Below are positions 29,414-37,727 of a stretch of 64,000 nt of DNA, piece by piece. Origin of the DNA: Methanobacteriota archaeon (GTDB lineage Archaea; Thermoplasmatota; Poseidoniia; Poseidoniales; Thalassarchaeaceae); assembly GCA_028355015.1 (NCBI GenBank), contig JAOMRN010000001.1:1229-65228 (forward strand), in the 5' to 3' direction. Below the pieces are notes generated by a model, which was not told the DNA's origin, ran no database searches, and saw only the letters and a list, made by a program, of their open reading frames with translations. Made by a program: the position numbers and the translations under genes. Positions within the stretch are counted from its first letter, which is position 1. Each line of letters begins with the position of its first letter.

Positions 29414-30535
29414 TTAAGATGTAATTTGCACCACACATTTACCTTTAGCACGACCAGAAAAAGAGCGATTGAACGCTCCTTGCCATCCTTCTTCGGTATC
29501 TTCTGAATTGAAGTTCCAAATACCGTCGAGCACCGGCTTAATTTCTCCACTTTCTAGATACCCTGCAAGTGTCGAGAGATCTTCATGACTTGGTGAAAGG
29601 AAAAGATACTCCCAGTTTGCACCCACAGACCTAGCAGATTTGAACTCCTTCCTCTTTTCTTTCCTCTTCAAGAAAAGCTTGAGTATCCAAGCAGTCCCAC
29701 CTATCCGACGTATTTCTTCAAGGGTTGGCATACCCGCAATGGTAACGATTTTTCCTCCCTCTTTGACAATCTTAGACATCTCATGACTTTCGGCTGTTGT
29801 ATCGAAACACACATCAAATTTTTCATCATTGCTCCCTCCATACACTTCATCGAATCGAGTGTTTTTGTAATTAATTACTACATCTGCTCCGAGACTTTTA
29901 CACAGATTTTCTTTCTCTCCCTTTGATGCGGTAGTGACAACAAGACCTGCTTTAAACACGTTCTTTGCTAATTGAATAGCAATTGTACCAACTCCTCCGG
30001 CTCCACCTGATATGAAGATTCGGTCACCTTCTTTGAGTCCAGAAGATTTGAGGGCCTGGAGCGCAGTCATACCAACGAGAGGAATCGATGCGGCTTCCTC
30101 AAATGTTAGATTATCAGGCTTCATCACAACATTGGCTGTATCTGCAACACAGTACTCTGCCATTGCACCTCTATACCATGGTGTTTTCTTTCCATCATTT
30201 TCGTTTCCAAAAAGACGAGCAAATACAGGTTGACCAACAGAGAATTTTCCTTCAAGGTCTGCTTCTTCAACAACTCCTGCAATATCGTAACAAATGATAT
30301 GAGGGAAGGATGCAACGGGTCGAACCATCTTCAAATCGCCCGATAGTAGTGCTTTGTCAACTGGATTGATGGAAGATGCGTGAACTTTGATTACGATATT
30401 GTTTGAGGCATCAAAACCATGAGGGTAAGCCACACTTGTTTTTTTCAATTGGGAAGGTTTACCATATTTTGAGAAACCGATTATGTTCATTGTTTTGCCA
30501 CTTGGATGTGCATTCATAATCACGGGAACGTACAT
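29414..30535 (-). CDS. Zinc-type alcohol dehydrogenase-like / quinone oxidoreductase (MDR superfamily)
   Basis: Nucleotide-binding GDRIFISGGAGGVGTIAIQLAK, with an overall GroES-like plus Rossmann layout. The real start may be the internal MNIIGF. Confidence 0.8.
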   Translation of the reverse strand: MYVPVIMNAHPSGKTMNIIGFSKYGKPSQLKKTSVAYPHGFDASNNIVIKVHASSINPVDKALLSGDLKMVRPVASFPHIICYDIAGVVEEADLEGKFSVGQPVFARLFGNENDGKKTPWYRGAMAEYCVADTANVVMKPDNLTFEEAASIPLVGMTALQALKSSGLKEGDRIFISGGAGGVGTIAIQLAKNVFKAGLVVTTASKGEKENLCKSLGADVVINYKNTRFDEVYGGSNDEKFDVCFDTTAESHEMSKIVKEGGKIVTIAGMPTLEEIRRIGGTAWILKLFLKRKEKRKEFKSARSVGANWEYLFLSPSHEDLSTLAGYLESGEIKPVLDGIWNFNSEDTEEGWQGAFNRSFSGRAKGKCVVQITS

Positions 30536-30606
30536 CTGTAAATAAATAAAAAAGTGTCAATAGTGTCCTTTTGTAACAATGTTGTAACCTGTATCCTAAT
30601 AACAAA

Positions 30607-30984
30607 ATGATACTTAGCCACCTTATGTCTCAGATACAATCACAGCGTATGCAATCAATGTGTGAATCAGCTCGAAGTCATGTTGACGACCTATTGGTTT
30701 TACTATCAAAATCGAAAATGCTCAGCATTCTTTACGTAATGAATTGTGATCCCTCTCCAATGCGTTTCTCTGAAATCAAGAAGAGAGTTGACTCATCCTC
30801 AACAACAGTTGCAAGACGATTGGCAGAACTTGAAGACAATGGGCTAGTCACCCGTACTGCCTATGCAACCGTCCCAGCTACAGTCGAATATGCACTAACC
30901 GAAGATGCGATTTCACTTCAGCCCAGTCTTGAATCGATGTTTGAATGGGTGCTCAATCGAGCAGATAATTTTGCCGAAAAATAA
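30607..30984 (+). CDS. HxlR-family winged-helix transcriptional regulator
   Basis: LLSKSKMLSILYVM...MRFSEIKKRVDSSSTTVARRLAELEDNGLVTRTAYATVPATVEYALTE is the typical HxlR wHTH. It is divergent from an oxidoreductase gene, the usual HxlR context. Confidence 0.8.
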   Translation: MILSHLMSQIQSQRMQSMCESARSHVDDLLVLLSKSKMLSILYVMNCDPSPMRFSEIKKRVDSSSTTVARRLAELEDNGLVTRTAYATVPATVEYALTEDAISLQPSLESMFEWVLNRADNFAEK

Positions 30985-31146
30985 ACACATACCACGAAAC
31001 TAGTTATTTCCATGAAATTGTAATATTTTTCTAGAATGTGTCTTTATGATAAAATTTTGATGGTTACGGGCATGTTACTAGGACAGTAACGAGTCTGTTA
31101 CTATCAAAACGGTTCTTTATATGTAGTAAGTAGATGGAATTAGTAT

Positions 31147-33432
31147 ATGTCTCGGTTGAGAGTACTATTAATCTGCTTAATGATGATGGCCATTCCTGCA
31201 TCCCAGGTATCTGCTGATGTTGATGAAACGAATTCAAGTCCAGAGGTAACTATTGGGTTTGGCAATGTTACCAATGACACCATGGTATTCACCATGGATA
31301 CCTCTGTAGATGTGTATGTATACCAAGTAACATTGGCTTGGGAGAATGGTGCTGTTTATTGTGGCATCTCAGCATCCGGTGGACTCTCTGAAGAATATAA
31401 CTTGTATGTCAGCGTCCTTTATGCTGGGTGTTTGACAACAGGATACTATTATGGCGCTCAGGGAGGTGCCTGGATCCCCTCAGGTAGTAATGATACTCTC
31501 ACATCTATTTTGTATCAATCCAACAGCCCTGAGGTATGCATCGGGAATGCGACCTATACAGTCATGTTACCCGATGGGGAGTTCGAAACTCGACAAGCAG
31601 ACTTTGATCCCAATGATTGTCTGAGTTATACTATGTATGAAAGAGAATGGCCGTATGATCTATGGTATGTACTTGATGAAGACGGCAATGATGAAGGCGA
31701 CAATGAATCTGAGGCAGAGGAAATTATTGATGACAGTCTTTATCAGTTCAATGAAGATTTGACTGTATTAGAAAATTTGGAAAGTTTTGATGATTTTTCC
31801 ACTCTCATAGAGGCACTCAACATAACAGGATTAACTGATAATTTCAGTTCAAATAATACACCTCAGATGGGGTGGTCAATCTTTGCCCCCACTAATGATG
31901 CTTTTGCTTCTGCAGGCATAGATTTAGATGATTTTGATAGTTCAGAAGAAATAGAATTTTTGACTGAAATCTTACTCTATCATGTTACTTTCGCAGGACC
32001 ATATGCTATGAACTCAAGTATGGCCTACAACAGCTCGAGCGGCGAGTATGAGCCATACTGCCAGCCTTACACTGCTGACTGGATGCCGATGCTAAATGGA
32101 GAATATGCTGATCCATTCGATTACAGCTCTTGGACTGAGACTGTAACAATTTCGAATGACTGCCAGGGAAATCTTACAGTCAACCAGGCCTATATCATTG
32201 ATGCAGATAATCGAGTCTATGGTTATGAATACAACGGGGTCGATGGCTACCCTTTCAACAATCAACTTCCACATGGCTGGGAAATTGCTGAGGATAATGG
32301 GATGATTCAGGTAATCGATCAAGTTCTATTTCCGGCAAGCTTCAATTCTACACCACCGAATAATGATCAGCCAAGATTCAATCCTAGATTTGATATTCCG
32401 TCCAACCTAGAGAATGATGGAGAGTTTGGAGACTTAATGGATGCATTGGGAATGACTATGTTGATGGACGACATTACTATCGAGAATAGCCCTCAGATGG
32501 GAATGACGATATTCGCTCCAACAGATGAGGCATTTGCTGCGGCTGGAATTAATCTTGACGATTATGATAGTCTCCAGAAACTCGAAGGTTTGTCTGAAAT
32601 CCTTCTTAATCATATCTCATTTGACTGGGTATTATCATTCCCTGATGAATGTACGCCCACAGAGTTTGACATGGAAACTACAGATTCATTTTCGGTAACC
32701 ATTTCAAATGATTGTGAAGGTAATATCTTCGTCAATGAAGCAAAAGTTCTCTATTCCCAAGGAGTAGAAAATGGGGTTATTATCGTCATCGATCAAATAC
32801 TGATGCCGATAGAAGAAGAACCTGTAGAGGAGCCTGTCGAAGAACCTGTAGAGGAGCCTGTCGAAGAACCTGTAGAGGAGCCTGTCGAAGAACCAGTAGA
32901 GGAGCCTGTGGAAGAACCAGTAGATACAACCATAGAAACTCCAGTCGATGATATTCCTTTGCAGGATGATGATTCCAAAGTTGATGGCAGCGGACCTTCA
33001 GTTATTTTAGGTCAAAGCAGTACATTCTTTGGAGCGATGATATTGTTCACCATGGTATTGGTTCTAGTCGGTACAGCTGCGGTAAGATCTCCCAAGTCAC
33101 GATTAGATTCCGTAATAATGGAAAATGAAGTTGAAGCAGATGAATTATTGTCACTTCTTTCTAGATCAAAAATGGTTCAAATTATTCATGCATTGCATTC
33201 AGAAGAAAATCCAATTAGATTTACAGAATTAAAAAATAGAGTTGATACCTCCTCTACCACACTAACAAGAAGATTGGGCGAATTAGAGGACCATAATTTA
33301 GTAGAAAGAATTGATTATGAGACCGTTCCTCCCACTGTTGTGTATAAATTGACTGATTCCGGAACATCTCTTCTTCCTAGTTTAGAGACATTTTTTGAAT
33401 GGGTTCTAAATGATACAAATGAAACTGAGTAA
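31147..33432 (+). CDS. Membrane-spanning fusion: signal peptide, two fasciclin (FAS1) domains, (EEPV)9 linker, TM helix, cytoplasmic HxlR-type wHTH
   Basis: Signal MSRLRVLLICLMMMAIPASQVSA. FAS1 blocks WSIFAPTNDAFASAG...LLYHV...GMIQVIDQVLFP and MTIFAPTDEAFAAAG...LLNHI...GVIIVIDQILMP. TM FFGAMILFTMVLVLVGTAAV followed by basic RSPKSR. The C-terminal 110 aa are colinear with the stand-alone HxlR at 30607..30984. Confidence 0.8.
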   Translation: MSRLRVLLICLMMMAIPASQVSADVDETNSSPEVTIGFGNVTNDTMVFTMDTSVDVYVYQVTLAWENGAVYCGISASGGLSEEYNLYVSVLYAGCLTTGYYYGAQGGAWIPSGSNDTLTSILYQSNSPEVCIGNATYTVMLPDGEFETRQADFDPNDCLSYTMYEREWPYDLWYVLDEDGNDEGDNESEAEEIIDDSLYQFNEDLTVLENLESFDDFSTLIEALNITGLTDNFSSNNTPQMGWSIFAPTNDAFASAGIDLDDFDSSEEIEFLTEILLYHVTFAGPYAMNSSMAYNSSSGEYEPYCQPYTADWMPMLNGEYADPFDYSSWTETVTISNDCQGNLTVNQAYIIDADNRVYGYEYNGVDGYPFNNQLPHGWEIAEDNGMIQVIDQVLFPASFNSTPPNNDQPRFNPRFDIPSNLENDGEFGDLMDALGMTMLMDDITIENSPQMGMTIFAPTDEAFAAAGINLDDYDSLQKLEGLSEILLNHISFDWVLSFPDECTPTEFDMETTDSFSVTISNDCEGNIFVNEAKVLYSQGVENGVIIVIDQILMPIEEEPVEEPVEEPVEEPVEEPVEEPVEEPVEEPVEEPVDTTIETPVDDIPLQDDDSKVDGSGPSVILGQSSTFFGAMILFTMVLVLVGTAAVRSPKSRLDSVIMENEVEADELLSLLSRSKMVQIIHALHSEENPIRFTELKNRVDTSSTTLTRRLGELEDHNLVERIDYETVPPTVVYKLTDSGTSLLPSLETFFEWVLNDTNETE
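32815..32922 (+). repeat. In-frame tandem repeat, 9 x 12 nt (24-nt super-period), encoding (EEPV)9
   Basis: gaRgaRccWgtN repeats nine times, alternating cctgtagaggag/cctgtcgaagaa. It lies inside the 761-aa ORF, just outside the TM helix. Confidence 0.95.
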
Positions 33433-33564
33433 TGTCATTGTTTCACCCCTGAAAGCAGAGTTAGTAACTGCTTTACAGTACCATTTTTACCTTCACGAAT
33501 ATCCTCCAGGCACTGTCGCGACAACTCCCTCAGGAGCACGAACGCCTCATCCGATACCGGACTT

Positions 33565-33590
33565 CGGTTCAAGTCCGGGAGCGCGGACCA
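33565..33590 (+). repeat. 26-nt direct repeat, copy 2 (orphan tRNA-Tyr 3'-end fragment; att-like)
   Basis: Identical to 29366..29391. The upstream sequence does not supply a matching 5' acceptor strand, so this is a fragment and not a second tRNA. Confidence 0.9.
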
Positions 33591-33872
33591 AAAAATATAA
33601 ACTAAGAAAATTAAATTTCAAAATTGTGCGAGAAGATACAAGTATATTTAAATCAAAAATACAAAAGTAAACAGGCATTCATTAATGAATCATTACGACG
33701 TATAATAATGCACGCAGGACACATACTAACAATACTAATTGGCTCCTACGCATCTTTCGCTATTACAGTGATGAGTGTTACGCCATTATTAGGTTGAACA
33801 GCTAAAACTCAGTAATTCCCATCTTACCTCGAGGAATGACTTCAATAGCCTTCGATTACACAGTATAACTTC

Positions 33873-34058
33873 ATGACCGAAAACACGTGTGAGCATGAGT
33901 GGGATAAGAGCGAAGATATAGATCAATTTCTTGACCTGGTAGACTTGAACCCGCAGTTTGTACAAATCAAAGTTAGGTGCTGCAAGTGCGGGAAAACGGG
34001 ATTGACTGACGCTGATACGACTTGGAAGCCAGTATATTGGGATTTTATTGACCCATGA
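33873..34058 (+). CDS. Hypothetical small Cys-rich (zinc-ribbon-like) protein
   Basis: 61 aa with CEHEW ... CCKCG; located in the island. Confidence 0.4.
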   Translation: MTENTCEHEWDKSEDIDQFLDLVDLNPQFVQIKVRCCKCGKTGLTDADTTWKPVYWDFIDP

Positions 34059-34120
34059 GACCGTACAAATGCGAAAGGATTAACAATAATTATTTATATG
34101 AACATACAGAGATGAATTAG

Positions 34121-34489
34121 ATGAATGAAGATTTACAAAAAGAATTGATTTGGGCATTTGGTACATTAGTCGTTTTCATCATCTTTTTATTATTAGGAGG
34201 CATAAATGAAGTCAGTGGAATAGCAATTTCAGTAGGTGCTTTTCTATTAAGTTGGTCTGTAATGAGTTTTTCCCTCAAGAAATACGCCCCTAATAATGAC
34301 TCAGGGAAAGAACTAGAAAACGAAATGAAATGGTTTGCTGCTATCTTGATATTATTTCTTACTATAATGACTATCATCGGGAAAACTGATAGTGAGTTAG
34401 AATTATCATATTCATTATACGCCATTTTAGTATTTGGCTATACTTTGATTTGGATTATTCGCAGTTCTGCTATCAAATATTTCAATTAA
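34121..34489 (+). CDS. Hypothetical four-helix membrane protein
   Basis: 122 aa with four clear hydrophobic segments. It is more protein-like than the overlapping minus-strand ORF 34117..34425. Confidence 0.5.
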   Translation: MNEDLQKELIWAFGTLVVFIIFLLLGGINEVSGIAISVGAFLLSWSVMSFSLKKYAPNNDSGKELENEMKWFAAILILFLTIMTIIGKTDSELELSYSLYAILVFGYTLIWIIRSSAIKYFN

Positions 34490-34502
34490 TTATTGGAGCA
34501 AT

Positions 34503-34606
34503 GGGTAGGCATTGAAAGGGCCCATAGATAGCCGATAAGTTCACTCAAAACATATCAATGGGCTCAAGTAGAAACCCATTGATTCGTCTGTTAATCGATT
34601 ATGCTA
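34503..34606. repeat. Island intergenic repeat, copy R1 (104 nt)
   Basis: It aligns without gaps to 35627..35730, with 73 of 104 identical by hand count. Shared blocks are TGAAAGGGCCCA and the perfect palindrome TAATCGATTA (34592..34601). It also contains the hairpin CAATGGG-n12-CCCATTG. Confidence 0.75.
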
Positions 34607-34651
34607 AGCACAGTTTTTCGAATTTGCGGTTAGATACAATGTTAGTAAAAA

Positions 34652-35542
34652 TCATTTTTCGAACCACCAATCTCCTTCATTATTAGATGGGTAGTTACTG
34701 GGTAAGTTTTTCCAACTCTTATATCCGACTAGGTATACTTTCATTTCCGTCTCCACTCTGGTTATCCCACTCTCATCAAAGACCATACCATATATTGTTG
34801 AGGATTTCATATGACCAGTTTTTCCAAAGGTGCTCTCAGGATTTGCCCTAGCATATTCTCTTGCTTGATGTTCCTTAATTCCTTTATCGAGACAATAATT
34901 GACATAGATTTCTAATCGTTCTGCTTCATCAATATAACTAATATAACCATGCAAACGCCCATCTACGATTTCAGCTTGAAAAATATTTTCAACAGGCTTC
35001 TTATCTATTTTGATGTGGTTATATTTTGGGTCAATAGACATTATTTTCTGATTATAGGAAATAATATGCTCAATCTCGAATAATTCAGGTAAAATCGATT
35101 TCAATGATTCTTTCCAATTCGGAGTGAATCTTTTCATGAAGTTTGGATATGAATCATAATCACCAATTTCATAATCAACCGTTTTAATTATTGTTTGATT
35201 ATTTTCCTTTATTTCCATCAATCTGTAGCTATTACCATCAGGATTTACAGGTTTATATGTCGTATAGAATAAATCACTAATTGGTATTTTTCTATATTTA
35301 ATATTGATTTTTTTCGTGAATTCTTGTCCAAAAATTATGTGATCTGAGGAATCAATTCGAATTATATATTTTCTATGGAATAAGAATAGACTCATTGGGA
35401 AAGCCCCTAAGAAAATAGCAATAACAATACCAAATGTTAAATCATCAGGAATTACGTATAGTCCGATGAATATGAAGAAACCAAAAACAATAGGTAAACC
35501 CTGATAATCGAATACTGGGAATATGATTTTCTTCTCCTCCAT
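34652..35542 (-). CDS. Hypothetical protein, two N-terminal TM helices plus a soluble domain of about 230 aa
   Basis: 296-aa ORF. TM helices LPIVFGFFIFIGLYVI and FGIVIAIFLGAFPMSLFLF. No recognisable motifs. Repeats R1 and R2 flank it. Confidence 0.6.
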   Translation of the reverse strand: MEEKKIIFPVFDYQGLPIVFGFFIFIGLYVIPDDLTFGIVIAIFLGAFPMSLFLFHRKYIIRIDSSDHIIFGQEFTKKINIKYRKIPISDLFYTTYKPVNPDGNSYRLMEIKENNQTIIKTVDYEIGDYDSYPNFMKRFTPNWKESLKSILPELFEIEHIISYNQKIMSIDPKYNHIKIDKKPVENIFQAEIVDGRLHGYISYIDEAERLEIYVNYCLDKGIKEHQAREYARANPESTFGKTGHMKSSTIYGMVFDESGITRVETEMKVYLVGYKSWKNLPSNYPSNNEGDWWFEK

Positions 35543-35626
35543 ATTACTACCTAAACTTTCGACATATGATAGACCTTTAGGTCTGTTCCCCGATAATTAG
35601 AGGAGGGATACCGCCTAACATCGGAT

Positions 35627-35730
35627 GGTTAGGCTCTGAAAGGGCCCACTGAAAGCCCAATAATTCGCCGATTGCAATCGGATGGGTCTAAGCAGAAACC
35701 CTCAGATTTGTCTATTAATCGATTATACTA
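35627..35730. repeat. Island intergenic repeat, copy R2 (104 nt)
   Basis: Homologous to R1. It contains TAATCGATTA at 35716..35725 and the palindrome CCGATTGCAATCGG. The hairpin GCCTAAC-n8-GTTAGGC (35613..35634) overlaps its 5' end. Confidence 0.75.
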
Positions 35731-35780
35731 TGCTCTGATTCTCTAATTGAACGCCAGCCTATGAAAGAGAATACAGATTA

Positions 35781-35825
35781 CCTAATAATTCTTCAATTAC
35801 TATCGGATGGGGCTAAGTAGTAACC
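35781..35825. repeat. Island intergenic repeat, partial copy R3 (45 nt)
   Basis: cctaataattcttcaattactatcggatggggctaagtagtaacc aligns to the middle of R2 (cccaataattcgccgattgcaatcggatgggtctaagcagaaacc) at about 80% identity. Confidence 0.65.
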
Positions 35826-35949
35826 GTATAATTACTAACAACAAATACCTTATTTTAGCGGACCATAATTTTACAACGTTACTACTATTTTAATCTATTT
35901 GAGCACTGAGCCCAAAACTATATGCCGCTTGAAAACTAAGTATATAGTT

Positions 35950-37089
35950 ATGAGTGAGTTGAAAAATCGCGATAAAGAAAAACAAGAAAATGAAACTGTA
36001 TCAGTCTGGTTTAGAGCACAGAATGCTTTGAAAAATGAAGGTAATTTTAGCCGGATTCCGGGAACTCCTTCATATTCTGAATCTAGAAATAAAATATATG
36101 GAAGAAGAAGTGCGAGAACAATATTTAACAATCTTAGAACTGATAAAAAACTTTACAGGAATCATATTTTATCATATAGTGTCCATGGTCGAGAACATGA
36201 TTTATTGAGTGAGAGTGCAATAAATGACGAAGTTGATTCACGAACTGATATCCTTTTTCTTAGAATGAGGACTCCTGGACTTGATGAAATCTGCTGGAAC
36301 TGGAGTCAGGAGCTGCTATCGCATAGAGATTATCTACGATCAGCCGGTATTGATTTACCAATCGAAAATGATAATAGGAAAATCACACAAATTGAAATGA
36401 TTATAAGAAGTGGTTACTTACATAAAATATGGCATAATTCATTGTATGCTATGAGTGAACTAGGAATGGAAATTCCAAACTGGTGTAAAATTCTTCCTTA
36501 CAATCCATTAGTAAATGCATTTCATGGCACAAACCGAGATGATCAAGACATAGGTGAAAGATTATTATCAATTTTAGAAGAAAAATATCCAGAGTTACAT
36601 GCTGAATTAATCGCATCAAATCCGTTCCGTTCACCAAGAATTGGTTTTCAAAATGGGAAAGGAAATGTAGGGGGAACTAAGTGGCCCTCTATTTCTGATA
36701 TTATTTCAAGATTAGAATCAGGAGAATCTGTCGATCAGGATTGGGAAAATAAATTTCTAGAAGAACTGATTTATGATTATGATGAAGAAGAAGATGACTT
36801 CCCATATGAAAGCACAGAGGATCTTTATCGTTCATTGAAAGTCACTAACCTGAGAAGATGGGCAGATGCTGATGAGATAACTGGTGCTTGGTCTATGAAT
36901 CGTGAGAAATTAATTTCGGCTTGGGCTACTAGAACTGAAAAGATGGAGAGTGCTTATAGAAGACAAGGGGGGGCATACCCTAGAGTACCAAGGCTAACCG
37001 ATTGGACTATTTTTATTATGGAGAATGTAAATTTTTTCAAATTAGATGATGAGTTAATTTTAAGCCCGAAGATGCAAAGGAGTGAATAA
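35950..37089 (+). CDS. Hypothetical protein (about 379 aa from the first ATG; the ORF opens at TTG 35899)
   Basis: Long ORF in the island with an acidic patch YDYDEEEDDFPYE. No Walker, HUH or nuclease motif recognised. Its stop overlaps the next gene. Confidence 0.6.
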   Translation: MSELKNRDKEKQENETVSVWFRAQNALKNEGNFSRIPGTPSYSESRNKIYGRRSARTIFNNLRTDKKLYRNHILSYSVHGREHDLLSESAINDEVDSRTDILFLRMRTPGLDEICWNWSQELLSHRDYLRSAGIDLPIENDNRKITQIEMIIRSGYLHKIWHNSLYAMSELGMEIPNWCKILPYNPLVNAFHGTNRDDQDIGERLLSILEEKYPELHAELIASNPFRSPRIGFQNGKGNVGGTKWPSISDIISRLESGESVDQDWENKFLEELIYDYDEEEDDFPYESTEDLYRSLKVTNLRRWADADEITGAWSMNREKLISAWATRTEKMESAYRRQGGAYPRVPRLTDWTIFIMENVNFFKLDDELILSPKMQRSE

Positions 37090-37090
37090 T

Positions 37091-37591
37091 ATGAAATGTG
37101 ACGATTGCAAAGTAGATTTAATCTCAACAGATATGATTGCGGAAACTACCACTTACTATGAAGGCTACTTACGCTCAAGATTGCTTATACCTAATGAACT
37201 ACTTAATGAGGAGTTAAAAGAGTTAGGAAAACTAGAAGCAGAACTAATTTGGTCTGAATATAATAGCTCTCGGAGTAGATATATGGAGCATTTGGATGGA
37301 GGGTCATGGGATGGACGACCTGAATACCTCGATTTGATAAATCAAATCAAAGATATACATGTAGACATTATTGCTAAGGTATGCCCTAAATGCGGCAAAG
37401 TAAAGATCGTAGCCGATTTAATGAGTAGGAAAAAAATATTCACTAGTTTGGAAAAAATGGTAAAAACCCTCGTAATGAAACGTAAAAAATTAAACAAAGC
37501 CGAAGAGTTCGAAAAGAAGGAAAAAGCAAAAAAAGATAGGGAAATTGCTAAACTAAAAAAACAGATTGAGAAATTGGGCGGTGACTCATAG
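37091..37591 (+). CDS. Hypothetical split zinc-ribbon protein with Lys-rich coiled-coil tail
   Basis: CDDC at the N-terminus and CPKCG about 95 aa later. C-terminal tail KRKKLNKAEEFEKKEKAKKDREIAKLKKQIEKL. GGAG-like motif upstream of ATG 37091; GTG 37082 is an alternative start. Likely translationally coupled to the upstream gene. Confidence 0.55.
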   Translation: MKCDDCKVDLISTDMIAETTTYYEGYLRSRLLIPNELLNEELKELGKLEAELIWSEYNSSRSRYMEHLDGGSWDGRPEYLDLINQIKDIHVDIIAKVCPKCGKVKIVADLMSRKKIFTSLEKMVKTLVMKRKKLNKAEEFEKKEKAKKDREIAKLKKQIEKLGGDS

Positions 37592-37641
37592 GCCGGCGTT
37601 CCTTTCAACCAATCGCATGGGCACCCCATCCATCCGTATAC

Positions 37642-37654
37642 GAAGCAAAGGGTA
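37642..37654. repeat. Left arm of a 13-bp inverted repeat flanking the R-M/recombinase cassette
   Basis: GAAGCAAAGGGTA here; its reverse complement TACCCTTTGCTTC is at 40906..40918. Both lie in intergenic DNA rich in ACCCTA/TAGGGT motifs. Confidence 0.6.
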
Positions 37655-37681
37655 CCCTATGGTATGATATGCACCATAGGG
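37655..37681. repeat. Perfect hairpin / palindromic site (9-bp stem, 9-nt loop)
   Basis: CCCTATGGT-atgatatgc-ACCATAGGG lies immediately after the left IR arm, 64 nt downstream of the 37591 stop. It may be a terminator or a recombinase site. Confidence 0.8.
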
Positions 37682-37727
37682 GTATCATAGGGATAACCAT
37701 AAGTATCAATAGCAAGACCATATATTT

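Larger units (their letters stand above)
29392..33564. mobile_element. About 4.2-kb segment bracketed by the tRNA-Tyr 3'-end repeat (possible integrase-less integrated-element remnant)
   Basis: It lies between an intact tRNA and a 26-nt perfect copy of its 3' end in the same orientation, the classic attL/attR signature. It carries an MDR oxidoreductase, HxlR and the FAS1-HxlR fusion. No integrase lies inside it. Confidence 0.4.

Noticed and set aside
29107-29550. Three track ORFs (29107..29310 +, 29192..29506 +, 29299..29550 -)
   Set aside because: All three overlap the tRNA-Tyr gene and/or the 3' end of the MDR oxidoreductase gene, and their translations are low-complexity. They are treated as spurious.
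32815-32922. Regular 12/24-nt periodic repeat that at first glance resembles a short repeat array
   Set aside because: There are no unique spacers and the period is a multiple of three. It lies in frame inside the 761-aa ORF and encodes (EEPV)9, so it is a coding linker repeat and not a CRISPR array.
33480-33590. Possible second full-length tRNA (or split tRNA half) ending at the repeated 3' end
   Set aside because: Only the last 26 nt match the tRNA. No CCGCGCT 5' acceptor strand and no D or anticodon arms can be found upstream, so it is treated as an att-type fragment.
33410-33670. 86-aa ORF from the track
   Set aside because: It overlaps the end of the FAS1-HxlR gene out of frame and reads straight through the tRNA-fragment repeat and A-rich intergenic DNA. 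It is most likely not coding.
33677-33690. Perfect 14-bp palindrome ATTCATTAATGAAT in the A+T-rich left end of the island, considered as an origin or operator
   Set aside because: It is a single copy of an A+T-only palindrome in very A+T-rich DNA, so it may occur by chance. It is noted but not called.
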